From Candidatus Marinacidobacterium sp. (lineage in GTDB: Bacteria > Acidobacteriota > Vicinamibacteria > Marinacidobacterales > Marinacidobacteraceae): a stretch of 64,000 bases of DNA. The stretch lies in NCBI GenBank assembly GCA_965220965.1, contig OZ244852.1, forward strand, positions 928,001 through 992,000, in the 5' to 3' direction. The first letter of the stretch is position 1, and every line of letters starts with the position of its first letter. The translations under genes were made by a program, and so were the position numbers. Below the pieces are notes generated by a model. That model was not told where the DNA came from, did no database searches, and saw only the letters and a list, made by a program, of their open reading frames with translations. Shown one piece after another: positions 9,281 through 18,756 of the stretch.

Positions 9281-9907
9281 ATGGAGCCGCCCCTCGTCGC
9301 CGTCCTGCCGACCGGACGACTGCTGAAGGCGGCGCGAGGCCTCCTGGAGAGCGCCGGGCTTCCGCTGCCGGAGCGGGGCGCCGCGGACCGGAGACTGCGC
9401 CTTCGTCGTGACGGGCTCGAAGCCGTCTTCGCGAAGGATCGCGACGTGCCGGTCTACGTGGAGCACGGGGTGGGGGACTTCGGGGTCGCTGGCCGGGACA
9501 TCCTGGAGGAGGCGCCCTCGCGGGTCTACGAACCGCTGGATCTCGAAGTCGGGCGCTGCCGCATGGTGCTGGCGCGTCCCGAGGACCGTCCGTTGCCGAC
9601 GCCGCCGTTTCGGGTGGCCACGAAATACCCCCGGGTCGCGCGCAGGTTCTTCGCGGAGCGCGGGTTCCCGGTGGAGCTGCTTCGCCTCTCCGGGGCGATC
9701 GAGCTCGCGCCGGCGCTGGATCTTGCGGACGCCATCGTGGATCTGGTGGAGACCGGGGCGACGCTTCGGGAGAACGGACTCGTGGAGGAGCAGACCATCT
9801 TCGAGAGTTCCGCCCGCGTCATCGTGAACCGGGCGTCTTTCCGCCTGCGCGAGCATCGGCTGCGGGAGGTGCTGGCGCGCCTCGAGGGCGCGGTGGGCCG
9901 CTCGTGA
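9281..9907 (+). CDS. hisG: ATP phosphoribosyltransferase, short form
   Basis: LPTGRL, DVPVYVEHGVGDFGVAGRD, VATKYP, GAIELAP, AIVDLVETGATLRENGL; 208 aa HisZ-dependent form. Confidence 0.95.
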   Translation: MEPPLVAVLPTGRLLKAARGLLESAGLPLPERGAADRRLRLRRDGLEAVFAKDRDVPVYVEHGVGDFGVAGRDILEEAPSRVYEPLDLEVGRCRMVLARPEDRPLPTPPFRVATKYPRVARRFFAERGFPVELLRLSGAIELAPALDLADAIVDLVETGATLRENGLVEEQTIFESSARVIVNRASFRLREHRLREVLARLEGAVGRS

Positions 9908-11268
9908 GCCGGGACGCCGGGATCCGTCTTGGGGTCTTCGAAGGGATTGCGGCGTGGCGGGACGATCCCCGCCGCCGCGCCGCCCCCGGGGAGGACGCGG
10001 CGAGCGTCGACGGCATCACCGCGTCGATCCTCGACCGGGTCCGGAGGGACGGCGACCAGGCGCTGGTGGAGCTCGCCCGGGAGTTCGACCGCGTCGAGCT
10101 CGATCCCGCGTCCCTGAGGGTCTCCCCGGAGGAGCTGGAGACGCTCGCGGCGGCGGCCAGTCCGGCGGACCGCGATCTGCTGCGCCGCGCCCGCGACCGG
10201 ATCGCCGCCTACCACGAGCCGCAGCGGGAGCGCTCCTACACGCGGGACGTCGGCGATGGCTCCCGACTCGAGTGGCGCGTCCTCCCGCTCAGGGCGGCCG
10301 GGGTCTATGTCCCCGGTGGAGCGGCGGTGTATCCGTCCACCGTGCTGATGAACTCGATTCCGGCGCGGGTGGCGGGCGTGCCGCGGGTGGCGCTCGCGAC
10401 GCCCCCCGGCGCGCTCGAGCGGAGCCCGGCGCTCGCGGCCGCGGTTCAGGCGGCGGGAGTCGACGAGGTCTTCCGCATCGGCGGCGCCCAGGCGATCGCC
10501 GCCTTCGCCTTCGGGACCGGGACCGTGCGACCGGTGGATGTCGTGGTCGGGCCGGGGAACGCCTTCGTCGCCGAAGCCAAGCGTCAGGTGGCCCCCTTCG
10601 TGAGAACCGACGCCTTCGCAGGGCCTTCCGAGGTCGTGGTCGTCGCCGATGCGAGCGCCGAGGCGGATCCCCAGCCGGCCTGGATCGCCGCCGACCTGCT
10701 CGCGCAGGCCGAGCACGGCTCGGGCGAAGAGCGGGCGATCCTCATCACCACGTCCCGGGTCGTGGCGCAGCGGGTGGCCTCCGAGGTCGCGCGCCAGGCC
10801 CGGGACCAGCCGAATCGGGAGACCATCGCCCGAGCGCTCGCCCGACACGGCGCCGCGGTCGTGGTCCGGGCCCTCGCGGAGGCGGTGGATTTCGCTGGCG
10901 AACTGGCGCCGGAGCACCTCGAGGTCTTCACCGCCGACCCGGAGAGCCTCGCGAGCAGGTTCCCGACCGCCGGGGCGGTTCTTCTGGGCCCCCATTCGCC
11001 GGTCGCCATCGGGGACTACGGCGCCGGGCCGAACCACGTGTTGCCGACCGGGGGCGCCGGCCGCTTCGCGTCGCCGCTGTCGGTCGGGGATTTCCTGAAG
11101 CGCCAGAGCCTGATCCGCTACACCCGGAGCACGCTCGAAGCCCAGCGCGAGGACTTCGAGCGCTTCGCGCGGATGGAGGGCTTCGAGGCCCATGCGCGCT
11201 CGATCTCGGTGCGATTCGCCGAAGGTTTGGAGCAGTCGCCCCGCGAGCCCGATCCGGCGGGCGGCTGA
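9904..11268 (+). CDS. hisD: Histidinol dehydrogenase
   Basis: GVYVPGG, YPSTVLM, GGAQAIAA, AGPSE, DLLAQAEH, GDYGAGPNHVLPT. Confidence 0.95.
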   Translation: MSRDAGIRLGVFEGIAAWRDDPRRRAAPGEDAASVDGITASILDRVRRDGDQALVELAREFDRVELDPASLRVSPEELETLAAAASPADRDLLRRARDRIAAYHEPQRERSYTRDVGDGSRLEWRVLPLRAAGVYVPGGAAVYPSTVLMNSIPARVAGVPRVALATPPGALERSPALAAAVQAAGVDEVFRIGGAQAIAAFAFGTGTVRPVDVVVGPGNAFVAEAKRQVAPFVRTDAFAGPSEVVVVADASAEADPQPAWIAADLLAQAEHGSGEERAILITTSRVVAQRVASEVARQARDQPNRETIARALARHGAAVVVRALAEAVDFAGELAPEHLEVFTADPESLASRFPTAGAVLLGPHSPVAIGDYGAGPNHVLPTGGAGRFASPLSVGDFLKRQSLIRYTRSTLEAQREDFERFARMEGFEAHARSISVRFAEGLEQSPREPDPAGG

Positions 11269-11300
11269 GCGCATCGCTTCGCTACCATCCCCCGACTCTC

Positions 11301-12428
11301 ATGAAACCCGTCCCCCTCGAGGTCGTCCGCCCCGAAGTCATGGAGTTGGCGCCCGATGTGGGCTCCCGCCCCGACGTGCCGATCCACCTCGACTGGAACG
11401 AGAGCCGCTGGCCGCTTCCGGCCGATCTGCTGGAGGAGATGGCGGAGGCGACGTCGGGCGCCGACCCCCGACCCTATCCGGACCGCGGCTATCCGGCGGT
11501 CCGCGAGGCGATCGCCGGGCTCAGCGGTTGGGATCCCGAGGGCGTCGTGTTCGGCAATGGCGGCGACGACATGCTGCAGTTGTCGGGGCTCGCGCTCACC
11601 GGGCCGGGCCGCTCGGCGCTCTACCCGTCGCCCGGTTTCTCCATGTACCCGTGGGCGCTCCGGCTGGCCGGGGCCGAAGCGCGGCCCGTCGCGCTGGGGG
11701 AGGGTCTGGGGTACGACCTGAGCGAACTCCATCGCCGGATCGCCGAGGAACGGCCGGCGCTGGTCTTCGTCACCGCGCCGCATAACCCCACCGGCGAGCT
11801 GCTCCCCCTCGAGGCGCTGCGGCGTCTCGCCGAGGCCGCTCCCGGGTTCCTCCTGATCGATGAGGCCTACCACGAGTTCGCCGCCTGGAACGCCCGCTCG
11901 CTGCTCGACGATTTCGGCAACGTCCTGATCCTCCGCACGTTCTCCAAGGCGATGGCGATGGCGGGGGCGCGGCTGGGCTACCTGCTCGCGCGCCCGGAGG
12001 CGGCGCACGCGATGCGGCGGGCGCAACCGCCGTTCCCGGTCGGGGTCTACACCTGCCGGGCGGCGGCGGCGGCGATGCGGCGCCGGAGTCTGCTCCTCGA
12101 TCTGACCCGGCGCATCACCGCCGAGCGCGACTGGCTGTCGGGGCGGCTGTCGGCGATCTCCGATGTGGAGGTCTGGCCCTCGCAGACCAATTTCCTGCTG
12201 TTCCGCACTCCGATGGACAGCCCGGCGCTCCGTCGCCGACTCCTGGGACACGGGGTGTCGCTGCGCGACTTCTCCGCGCACCCGCGCCTCGCCGGCACCC
12301 TCCGGGTCACGGTTGGAGTCCGCGAGGAGAATCTCGTCTTCCTGAAGGGCCTCGAGGAGAGCCTCGCCACTCCGCTGAGCGCCGCCGAACGGGATGCGGT
12401 GGCCGCGCCCGAGTCGCCGGTCGCCTGA
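11301..12428 (+). CDS. hisC: Histidinol-phosphate aminotransferase
   Basis: LDWNE, GNGGDD, PHNPTG, IDEAY, LRTFSKA, RLGY; ATG at 11301. Confidence 0.92.
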   Translation: MKPVPLEVVRPEVMELAPDVGSRPDVPIHLDWNESRWPLPADLLEEMAEATSGADPRPYPDRGYPAVREAIAGLSGWDPEGVVFGNGGDDMLQLSGLALTGPGRSALYPSPGFSMYPWALRLAGAEARPVALGEGLGYDLSELHRRIAEERPALVFVTAPHNPTGELLPLEALRRLAEAAPGFLLIDEAYHEFAAWNARSLLDDFGNVLILRTFSKAMAMAGARLGYLLARPEAAHAMRRAQPPFPVGVYTCRAAAAAMRRRSLLLDLTRRITAERDWLSGRLSAISDVEVWPSQTNFLLFRTPMDSPALRRRLLGHGVSLRDFSAHPRLAGTLRVTVGVREENLVFLKGLEESLATPLSAAERDAVAAPESPVA

Positions 12429-12435
12429 GGCCGCC

Positions 12436-13041
12436 TTGTCCGAGTCCAGCCGGCCCCGCCGGGCGACGCGCTCCCGCGCGACCCGCGAGACCCGCATCGC
12501 GGTCACGGTGGATCTCGATCCGGTCGCGCCCTCCTCGCGCATCGCGACCGGCATCGGCTTCTTCGATCACATGCTGGAGGCGTTCGCCCGCCACGCGGGA
12601 ATCGACCTCACGGTGGACGCAGAGGGCGATCTCCACGTGGATCCCCACCACACGATGGAGGATGTCGGGCTGACGCTCGGCGACTGCCTCGCCGAGGCGC
12701 TCGGCGATCTGGGCGGGGTGCGGCGCTTCGGGTCGGCGCTGATCCCGCTGGACGAGGCGCTCTCGCGCGTGGTCGTGGATCTGTGCGGCCGGCCGTTTCT
12801 CGCCTGGCGGGTCCGGTTTCCGGCGGCGCGGGTGGGCGAGGCTCCGACCGAGCTCTTCGAGGACTTCTTTCGCGCGCTGACCGACCGCGCCCGGATGACG
12901 GTCCACGTCGACGGGTTGACGGGTCGCAACAGCCATCACATCGCCGAGACGGTGTTCAAGGCGTTTGCCCGGGCGTTCGCCGAGGCGAAGGGCGTGGTCG
13001 GGTCGGAGGTCCCCTCGACCAAGGGGACCCTTTCTGTCTGA
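12436..13041 (+). CDS. hisB: Imidazoleglycerol-phosphate dehydratase
   Basis: TGIGFFDHML, GDLHVDPHHTMED, PLDEAL, NSHHIAE, PSTKG; TTG start inferred. Confidence 0.95.
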   Translation: MSESSRPRRATRSRATRETRIAVTVDLDPVAPSSRIATGIGFFDHMLEAFARHAGIDLTVDAEGDLHVDPHHTMEDVGLTLGDCLAEALGDLGGVRRFGSALIPLDEALSRVVVDLCGRPFLAWRVRFPAARVGEAPTELFEDFFRALTDRARMTVHVDGLTGRNSHHIAETVFKAFARAFAEAKGVVGSEVPSTKGTLSV

Positions 13042-13663
13042 TCGGCCGGCTGACGGGTCGGCGGTCGTCGTGGTGGACCACGGCGCCGGAAACCTCGCCA
13101 GCGTGACGCGGGCGCTTCGCCGCGAGGGGGCGGAGGCGGACCTGACATCGGACCCGGAACGGGTGGCGGCGGCCCGCCGGCTCGTCCTTCCCGGCGACGG
13201 GCACTTCGGCGAGGCGATGCTCTCGCTGCGCCGACGCTCCCTCGAGGAGCCGGTCCGGCGGGCGGTTGCGGCGGGGGCGCGGCTGCTCGGGATCTGCGTG
13301 GGTCTCCAGATGCTCTTTCCGGAGAGCGATGAAGCTCCGGGCGTTCCCGGGCTCGGGCTGCTTCCCGGGAGGGTGCGCCGGTTCCGGGGGGCTCAGCGAG
13401 TGCCCCACATCGGCTGGAACCAGCTCAAGGACCTCGACGGCCACCCGCTCTTCCGTGGAGTCGGGGAGGGGAGCTACGCCTACTTCCTCCATTCGTTCCA
13501 CGCGGACCCGGCGGAGGCGAACGACCGCCTCGCGGTGACGGACTACGGGGTCCGGTTCGCGTCGGCCGCCGGCCGGGGCCGGGTGCTCGGCATCCAGTTC
13601 CACCCGGAGAAGAGCGCCCGCCTGGGCGCCCGGGTCCTGCGGAACTTCCTGGCGTTGGCGTGA
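13034..13663 (+). CDS. hisH: Imidazole glycerol phosphate synthase glutaminase subunit
   Basis: VVDHGAGNLASV, GICVGLQ, VPHIGWN, QFHPEKS; start uncertain (CTG at 13034 overlapping hisB stop, or a later GTG). Confidence 0.93.
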   Translation: MSDRPADGSAVVVVDHGAGNLASVTRALRREGAEADLTSDPERVAAARRLVLPGDGHFGEAMLSLRRRSLEEPVRRAVAAGARLLGICVGLQMLFPESDEAPGVPGLGLLPGRVRRFRGAQRVPHIGWNQLKDLDGHPLFRGVGEGSYAYFLHSFHADPAEANDRLAVTDYGVRFASAAGRGRVLGIQFHPEKSARLGARVLRNFLALA

Positions 13664-14436
13664 GCCCCGAGCCTCCCCGGATCGAACCGATCCCGGCGGT
13701 GGATCTCTCCGCCGGTCGGGTCGTGCGGCTCCTCCGGGGCGAGCGGGATCAGGAAACCGTCTACGGCGACGACCCCCTGGAGGCGGCGGAGGGCTTCGCC
13801 GCCGAGGGCGCGCGCTGGCTTCACGTGGTGGACCTCGACGCCGCGTTTGGCGACGGAGGCAACCGGAAAGCCATCCGCCGGCTGCTGCGGCGCTCCCGGC
13901 TCCGGGTCCAGGTCGCCGGGGGAGTCCGGAGCGTCGAGGCCTACCGGGAGCTGCGGGACGCGGGCGCGGCGCGGGTCGTGTTCGGCACGGTCGCGGTCGA
14001 GACCCCGGAGGTCGTGGAAGAGGCGATTCGGCGCGACGCCGAGGGGGTCGCGGTGGCGCTCGACGTGCGGGGCGGGAGGCTTCAGACCCGGGGCTGGGTC
14101 GATGGCCCGGCGGATGGCGCAGCGTCCGACGTCCGCGAGAGCCCGGAGGACGCCGCCCGGCGCTGGGGGGCGCGCGGGGCGGGGGCGCTCATCCACACCG
14201 GCATCGAGCGGGACGGGACGATGGATGGACCCGACATCGATGCGGCGTTCCGGCTCGCCCTCGCGTCGGGGCTCCCGACGATCATCGCCGGCGGGGTGGG
14301 AAGCGCGGCGCACCTCGAGGCGATCCGGGCCAGAAGCGCCGAAGAGCCTCGGGCCCGCCTCGCCGGAGTCATCCTCGGGCGGGCGCTCTACGAGGGGCGG
14401 CTGAGACTCGGGGACGCGTTCGCGGCGCTCGGCTGA
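13660..14436 (+). CDS. hisA: ProFAR isomerase HisA
   Basis: IPAVDL, VVRLLRGE, LHVVDLDAA, QVAGGVRS, RDGTMDGP, GRALYEG. Confidence 0.93.
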   Translation: MSPEPPRIEPIPAVDLSAGRVVRLLRGERDQETVYGDDPLEAAEGFAAEGARWLHVVDLDAAFGDGGNRKAIRRLLRRSRLRVQVAGGVRSVEAYRELRDAGAARVVFGTVAVETPEVVEEAIRRDAEGVAVALDVRGGRLQTRGWVDGPADGAASDVRESPEDAARRWGARGAGALIHTGIERDGTMDGPDIDAAFRLALASGLPTIIAGGVGSAAHLEAIRARSAEEPRARLAGVILGRALYEGRLRLGDAFAALG

Positions 14437-15089
14437 GACGCCGCCCCGGTATCCGGGGGAAAGCGCCGGCGCAGTTCGGCCGCCACCCGGGTCGGGGGAA
14501 CGCCCCGGCTCTGGAACAGCACGAGGAGGTGGTAGAGCAGATCCGCCGCCTCGGCGACCAGCTCCCCTTCGTCGCCGGCGACGCCGGCGAGCGCAACCTC
14601 GACGCCTTCCTCCCCCACTTTCTGGGCGATGCGCGACGCCCCGGCGCTCAGGAGCCGCGCGGTGTAGGAGCTGTCGGGAGGGGCGTCGGCCCGGCGGGCG
14701 ACGATTTCCGCGAGCGCGTCCAGCACCCCATCCAGGCCGGGGGCGCTGTCGCCGCCGCCCTCCCGGTCGAAGCAGGAGATCTCGCCGGTGTGGCAAGTCG
14801 GGCCGGCGGGTCGGGCGCGGACCAGGAGCGCATCTGCGTCGCAGTCGAGGTCGAGGGAGACGAGGTGGAGGTGATTGCCCGATGTCTCGCCCTTCAGCCA
14901 GAGCCGGTTCCGGCTGCGCGAAAAGAAGTGGACCCGTCCGGCCTCCATCGTTTGTTCGAGCGCCTCCCGGTTCATCCATCCCAGCATGAGGACCCGGCCG
15001 GTGGAGGCGTTCTGGATGATGGCCGGCGCCAGCCCGGCCTCGTTCCAGCGGACCTGGTCGGCCAGCGGGCCTTCGGTGGAAGGGTTCAT
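14388..15089 (-). CDS. hisIE: Bifunctional phosphoribosyl-AMP cyclohydrolase / phosphoribosyl-ATP pyrophosphatase
   Basis: [57 protein letters not shown]. Confidence 0.95.
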   Translation of the reverse strand: MNPSTEGPLADQVRWNEAGLAPAIIQNASTGRVLMLGWMNREALEQTMEAGRVHFFSRSRNRLWLKGETSGNHLHLVSLDLDCDADALLVRARPAGPTCHTGEISCFDREGGGDSAPGLDGVLDALAEIVARRADAPPDSSYTARLLSAGASRIAQKVGEEGVEVALAGVAGDEGELVAEAADLLYHLLVLFQSRGVPPTRVAAELRRRFPPDTGAASQPSAANASPSLSRPS

Positions 15090-15874
15090 GCGGCCGCGAG
15101 TCCGTTTTCGTCTTCCGGCGGACGAACGGGAATGCCGCGCTTCGCGAGGTAGCGCTTCGTCTCGACGATCGTGTGGATGCTCCGGTGGTAGATCGAGGCG
15201 GCGAGCGCCGCGCTCGCGCCGGTCTGCTCGAACACGTCGGCGATGTGCGAGAGCGCGCCGACTCCTCCCGAGGCGATGACCGGAACCTGGACCGCGTCGG
15301 CCGCCTGCCGCACCTGATCGAGGTCGTACCCCTGCCGGGTGCCGTCCCGGTCCATGCTCGTGAGCAAAACCTCTCCCGCCCCCAGTTCCTCGCCGCGCCG
15401 GATCCACTCGATCGCGTCCAGCCCGGTCGGCTGTCTTCCACCCGCGGTGTAGACCTCGAAACCGCCGTCTCCGGTGCGGCGGGCGTCCACCGCGAGGACC
15501 AGACACTGCGACCCGAACTGGCGGGACGCCTCCCGCAGGAGTTCCGGCCGGCGGACCGCCGCGCTGTTCACCGAAACCTTGTCGGCGCCGGCGCGCAGCA
15601 GCGAGTCCATGTCGCCCACGCTGCGGACCCCGCCGCCGACGGTGAAGGGGATCGTGAGCGCCTCCGCGACGGCGCGCACCGTGCGGAGCGCGGTGCCGCG
15701 CTCCTCCCAGGTGGCGGTGATGTCCAGCAGGCAGAGCTCGTCGGCCTGTCCGGCGTCGTAGGCCACGGCGCTCGTAACCGGATCCCCCTCATCGGTGAGA
15801 TCCACGAAGCGCACCCCCTTGACGACCCGGCCGTCCTTGACGTCGAGGCAGGGGATGATCCGCCGCGCCAGCAC
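15086..15874 (-). CDS. hisF: Imidazole glycerol phosphate synthase cyclase subunit
   Basis: [46 protein letters not shown]. Confidence 0.97.
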   Translation of the reverse strand: MLARRIIPCLDVKDGRVVKGVRFVDLTDEGDPVTSAVAYDAGQADELCLLDITATWEERGTALRTVRAVAEALTIPFTVGGGVRSVGDMDSLLRAGADKVSVNSAAVRRPELLREASRQFGSQCLVLAVDARRTGDGGFEVYTAGGRQPTGLDAIEWIRRGEELGAGEVLLTSMDRDGTRQGYDLDQVRQAADAVQVPVIASGGVGALSHIADVFEQTGASAALAASIYHRSIHTIVETKRYLAKRGIPVRPPEDENGLAAA

Positions 15875-15947
15875 GGCGGCAGTGTACGCCTCGGCAGCGG
15901 CCTGACGGAAAGCTCCGGACGCCGCCTACCTCGAGGTGTCAGAACCC

Positions 15948-16025
15948 GGGGGAGGGTTTGGGAGGGGCCGCGAGCAAGGGTGGGGGTGGTGCGCTGTGGG
16001 TCGTCAAAGCGGCCCCCCCCCCCCC
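15948..16025 (+). repeat. G-tract / C13 homopolymer element (G-quadruplex motif and REP-like hairpin)
   Basis: GGGGG-A-GGG-TTT-GGG-A-GGGG at 15948-15967; C13 at 16013-16025; GGGGCCGC/GCGGCCCC stem. Confidence 0.45.
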
Positions 16026-16041
16026 GCACAGCGCGTGACGC

Positions 16042-17616
16042 TTAGCGTCGCGCGCCACGGCGCGGCAGGAGGTCGTCCGCCATGGCCGCATGCCACACGA
16101 ACGAGGCCATGATGACCGCGTTCTTCTTGAGATCCTCGATGGGAAGGGTGTCGTAGAAGTCCAGGTTCGTGTGGCCTCCGGTTCCCCCGACGCGCGCCTG
16201 CAGGAACTGGAACGCCGGGAGCCCGACGTCGTCGAACGGCACATGGTCGGTGCTGCCGACGCCGCGGGGCGCCAGGGTCGTCATCCCGAAGTCCTCGAAC
16301 GGCGCCATCCACGCGGCGAAGATCGGGCGCACCCGTTCGTTGTGCTGGAGCCAGACGCCCCGGTAGAGGCCCGGCCCGTAGTCCTGGTTGAAGTACACCG
16401 AGAGGTTGTCGTAGTCGGGACCCTTGCCCACTCCGGGGTCCGACGGATCCCCGAAGTGCTTCGCCACGTAGGCGCGGGATCCGTAGAGGCCCTGCTCCTC
16501 GCCCGACCAGAGCGCGATCCGGATCGTGCGCCGGGGCTCGGCCCCGAGCGCCTTCAGGATCCGCATCGCCTCGAGCATCACCGCGACCCCGGAGGTGTTG
16601 TCGCTGGCGTTCGGGCTGGCGTGCCAGGTGTCGAAGTGGGCGCCAAGCATCACGAGTTCGTGCGCCAGATCGGACCCGGGGATCTCCCCGAGCACGTTGT
16701 GGGCCTCGGTCCGGGCGTCTCCGTGCCGGTTCCGCACCTCGACTTCGATCCGGACCGGGATGCCCCGGCGGAGCACCCGGTACATCCGGTTGTAGTGCTC
16801 CGGGGTCACCGCGAGGATGGGCGCCGAACCGAGCGTCGCCTCCCGGTCCCACAGGTCCACCTTCGCGCCCGGGCGGGCGAAACCGCGGACCGCGCCCGGC
16901 CAGCCGCTGCGCGACTCGAGGACGACAGCCACGCCTTCCTCGAGATAGAAGGCGAGCCGCTCCTCGGGGGTCACCAGCTCCGGGTTCGGGATCCTCGCGG
17001 TCTGAGCCGGGGTGAACGGGGGATCGTCGGAAGGCCGGTCGGGAACCACATCCTCAGCCAGCCGGCGCATCTCCTCGTCGCTCCGGCGCGGCGTTCCGGT
17101 CGCGAACCGGGTCCGGTCGATCACCGGCGGCGGCGTCGAAAGCACCGCGGCGCCCCGCAGCGAGCCCCGGAGCGCGTGGAGCTCGCCCCGCGACCGGGCG
17201 TCGGCGAGGACCACCGGAAGCTCGAGGCGTCCGCCGGTCCCCGGAGTGTGGGCGATGGGATACCCGGTCATGCGTTCGTAGACCGGGGCGGTCATGTGGA
17301 GCGAGAAGAACTCGTTGTCCCAGCTCACGCCGTAGTCCATGAAGGGCTCGCGGACGATCCGGGACAGGCCGATGCGCTCCATTTCGGCGACGACCCATTG
17401 CTGGGCCCGGACCATCGCCTCGGAGTTCGTGAGCCGTCCGCCGATGACGTCCGTCATGTAGGAGAGCGTTTCGGGAAGCTCCGATCGAAGGAGTCCCTCT
17501 CCGCGGATCTTCGCCACCATCTCCCGGTCCACCGCCGGATTCGTCTGCGCGGCCGCGGGGGAAAACGGCGCGAGGAAGGTCGCGGCGAGCATCGCCAGAA
17601 GGCCCGAACGGTTCAT
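16042..17616 (-). CDS. M28 family metallopeptidase (carboxypeptidase Q-like), secreted
   Basis: Signal peptide; GGRLTNS, GAHFDTW, DNTSG, WSGEEQGLYGS, STDHVPF. Confidence 0.9.
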   Translation of the reverse strand: MNRSGLLAMLAATFLAPFSPAAAQTNPAVDREMVAKIRGEGLLRSELPETLSYMTDVIGGRLTNSEAMVRAQQWVVAEMERIGLSRIVREPFMDYGVSWDNEFFSLHMTAPVYERMTGYPIAHTPGTGGRLELPVVLADARSRGELHALRGSLRGAAVLSTPPPVIDRTRFATGTPRRSDEEMRRLAEDVVPDRPSDDPPFTPAQTARIPNPELVTPEERLAFYLEEGVAVVLESRSGWPGAVRGFARPGAKVDLWDREATLGSAPILAVTPEHYNRMYRVLRRGIPVRIEVEVRNRHGDARTEAHNVLGEIPGSDLAHELVMLGAHFDTWHASPNASDNTSGVAVMLEAMRILKALGAEPRRTIRIALWSGEEQGLYGSRAYVAKHFGDPSDPGVGKGPDYDNLSVYFNQDYGPGLYRGVWLQHNERVRPIFAAWMAPFEDFGMTTLAPRGVGSTDHVPFDDVGLPAFQFLQARVGGTGGHTNLDFYDTLPIEDLKKNAVIMASFVWHAAMADDLLPRRGARR

Positions 17617-17707
17617 TCGCCCGAGCGTAGCAAAGAGGTCCGCAAGCGCCAGCCCGGCGTCTCGCTGGTCCGAAGTCGCTCCCGGTTCGCCGCCCCGGCG
17701 GCCGTGG

Positions 17708-18154
17708 TCACCCAGGCGTCGATTGCGGCGTCGGTGGATCGGCGGGCGGCTCGTCGACGCACTCCGGGCAGTCCCCGGTCCGGCAGATCCGGGCGGTCCA
17801 GACCAGAGCGCCGGCGAGGGTCAGACTGCCGGCGGCGGAGGAGAAGTTCTCCGGTAGCGGTTCGAGCCAGCCGGCGAGGGAGGCGGCCCAAAGCGCCGCT
17901 CCCCCCAGGAAGGTGAGGACCAGGGCCGCGTTCCTGCGAGCCGGGCCCAGGCCGAGCGTCACCGCGCCGAGAAGGACGGTTCCGGCCCAGACGGCCTGCT
18001 CGACGCCTTCGGAAAGCGCGAGCGCTGGCGCCGCCAGGACCAGCAGGGGCGTGACCGCACAGTGGACGCCGCACCAGATGGCGGCGCCGGCCGCCAGGCG
18101 CGACCCGGACACCAGATACGCGTTCGGGGGATTGATTGCGAGAGATTTGTTCAC
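17708..18154 (-). CDS. MerC-domain membrane protein (putative metal transporter)
   Basis: AAIWCGVHCAVTPLLV resembles the MerC CxxHC first helix; about 4 TM helices; C-terminal CRTGDCPEC; GTG start inferred. Confidence 0.7.
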   Translation of the reverse strand: MNKSLAINPPNAYLVSGSRLAAGAAIWCGVHCAVTPLLVLAAPALALSEGVEQAVWAGTVLLGAVTLGLGPARRNAALVLTFLGGAALWAASLAGWLEPLPENFSSAAGSLTLAGALVWTARICRTGDCPECVDEPPADPPTPQSTPG

Positions 18155-18212
18155 TACAGCCGTACCTGCCCCGGCGTCCCGATGGATCTCCGGGGGCGGG
18201 GCGAGTCGTCCG

Positions 18213-18236
18213 GCGCCGGAGTGCGGACTCCGGCGC
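18213..18236 (-). promoter_or_regulatory. Intergenic stem-loop between RAPP leader and MerC-like gene
   Basis: Perfect 10-bp stem GCGCCGGAGT/ACTCCGGCGC with 4-nt loop. Confidence 0.5.
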
Positions 18237-18291
18237 AGCCGTCGCGCCCGATGAAAGTGACCCGGTGGCTCGCGCTGCGGCCGGCCCGGGA

Positions 18292-18660
18292 CTATGCCAG
18301 CGAGAGCGACTGAGCCGGCGGCGCCCGGGGCCGGATCCCGAACCGGGCGTCTGCGGCGGTGTGACCGGAGGTCGCCCGCAGCTCTACACGAATCGCCCGG
18401 AGCGCCGGTGGCTGATCGAGGGCCGAGCGCTTCAGGGTGGCGGCGGGGGCGGCTCCCTGAGCGCAGAGGACGCACACCGCGTGGGCGTACTCGACCCCTC
18501 CGGAGTGGTCCTCGCCGTAGCCGGGCCGCTGGACGGCGCTCTGGTCGAGGTGTTCGTGGGTCGCCTCGACAAAGGACAGCGCAGAGGTCGCCACGAGCTG
18601 CATCAGGAGCGAAGCAGAGGCTCCTCTCCGGATCCAGCGGGGACTCCTCCAGCGGGCCAT
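18292..18660 (-). CDS. DUF2946/CruR/CutF-like regulatory leader peptide (CxxC plus RAPP)
   Basis: Hydrophobic N-terminal signal-like stretch, HEH/His cluster, CVLC, RPRAPP 7 residues before the stop. Confidence 0.7.
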   Translation of the reverse strand: MARWRSPRWIRRGASASLLMQLVATSALSFVEATHEHLDQSAVQRPGYGEDHSGGVEYAHAVCVLCAQGAAPAATLKRSALDQPPALRAIRVELRATSGHTAADARFGIRPRAPPAQSLSLA

Positions 18661-18756
18661 CGCAGGCAGGATACCAGCGGGGGCGCCCGGTCAGGAGGAC
18701 GGAACGAGGTCCCGCCGGCATGGAGAGAGGGGCCTCGCGCCCTAGACTCCGGCGCG

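Noticed and set aside
17708-18154. Mercury resistance (mer) operon
   Set aside because: No merR, merA, merT or merP nearby; only a MerC-like domain
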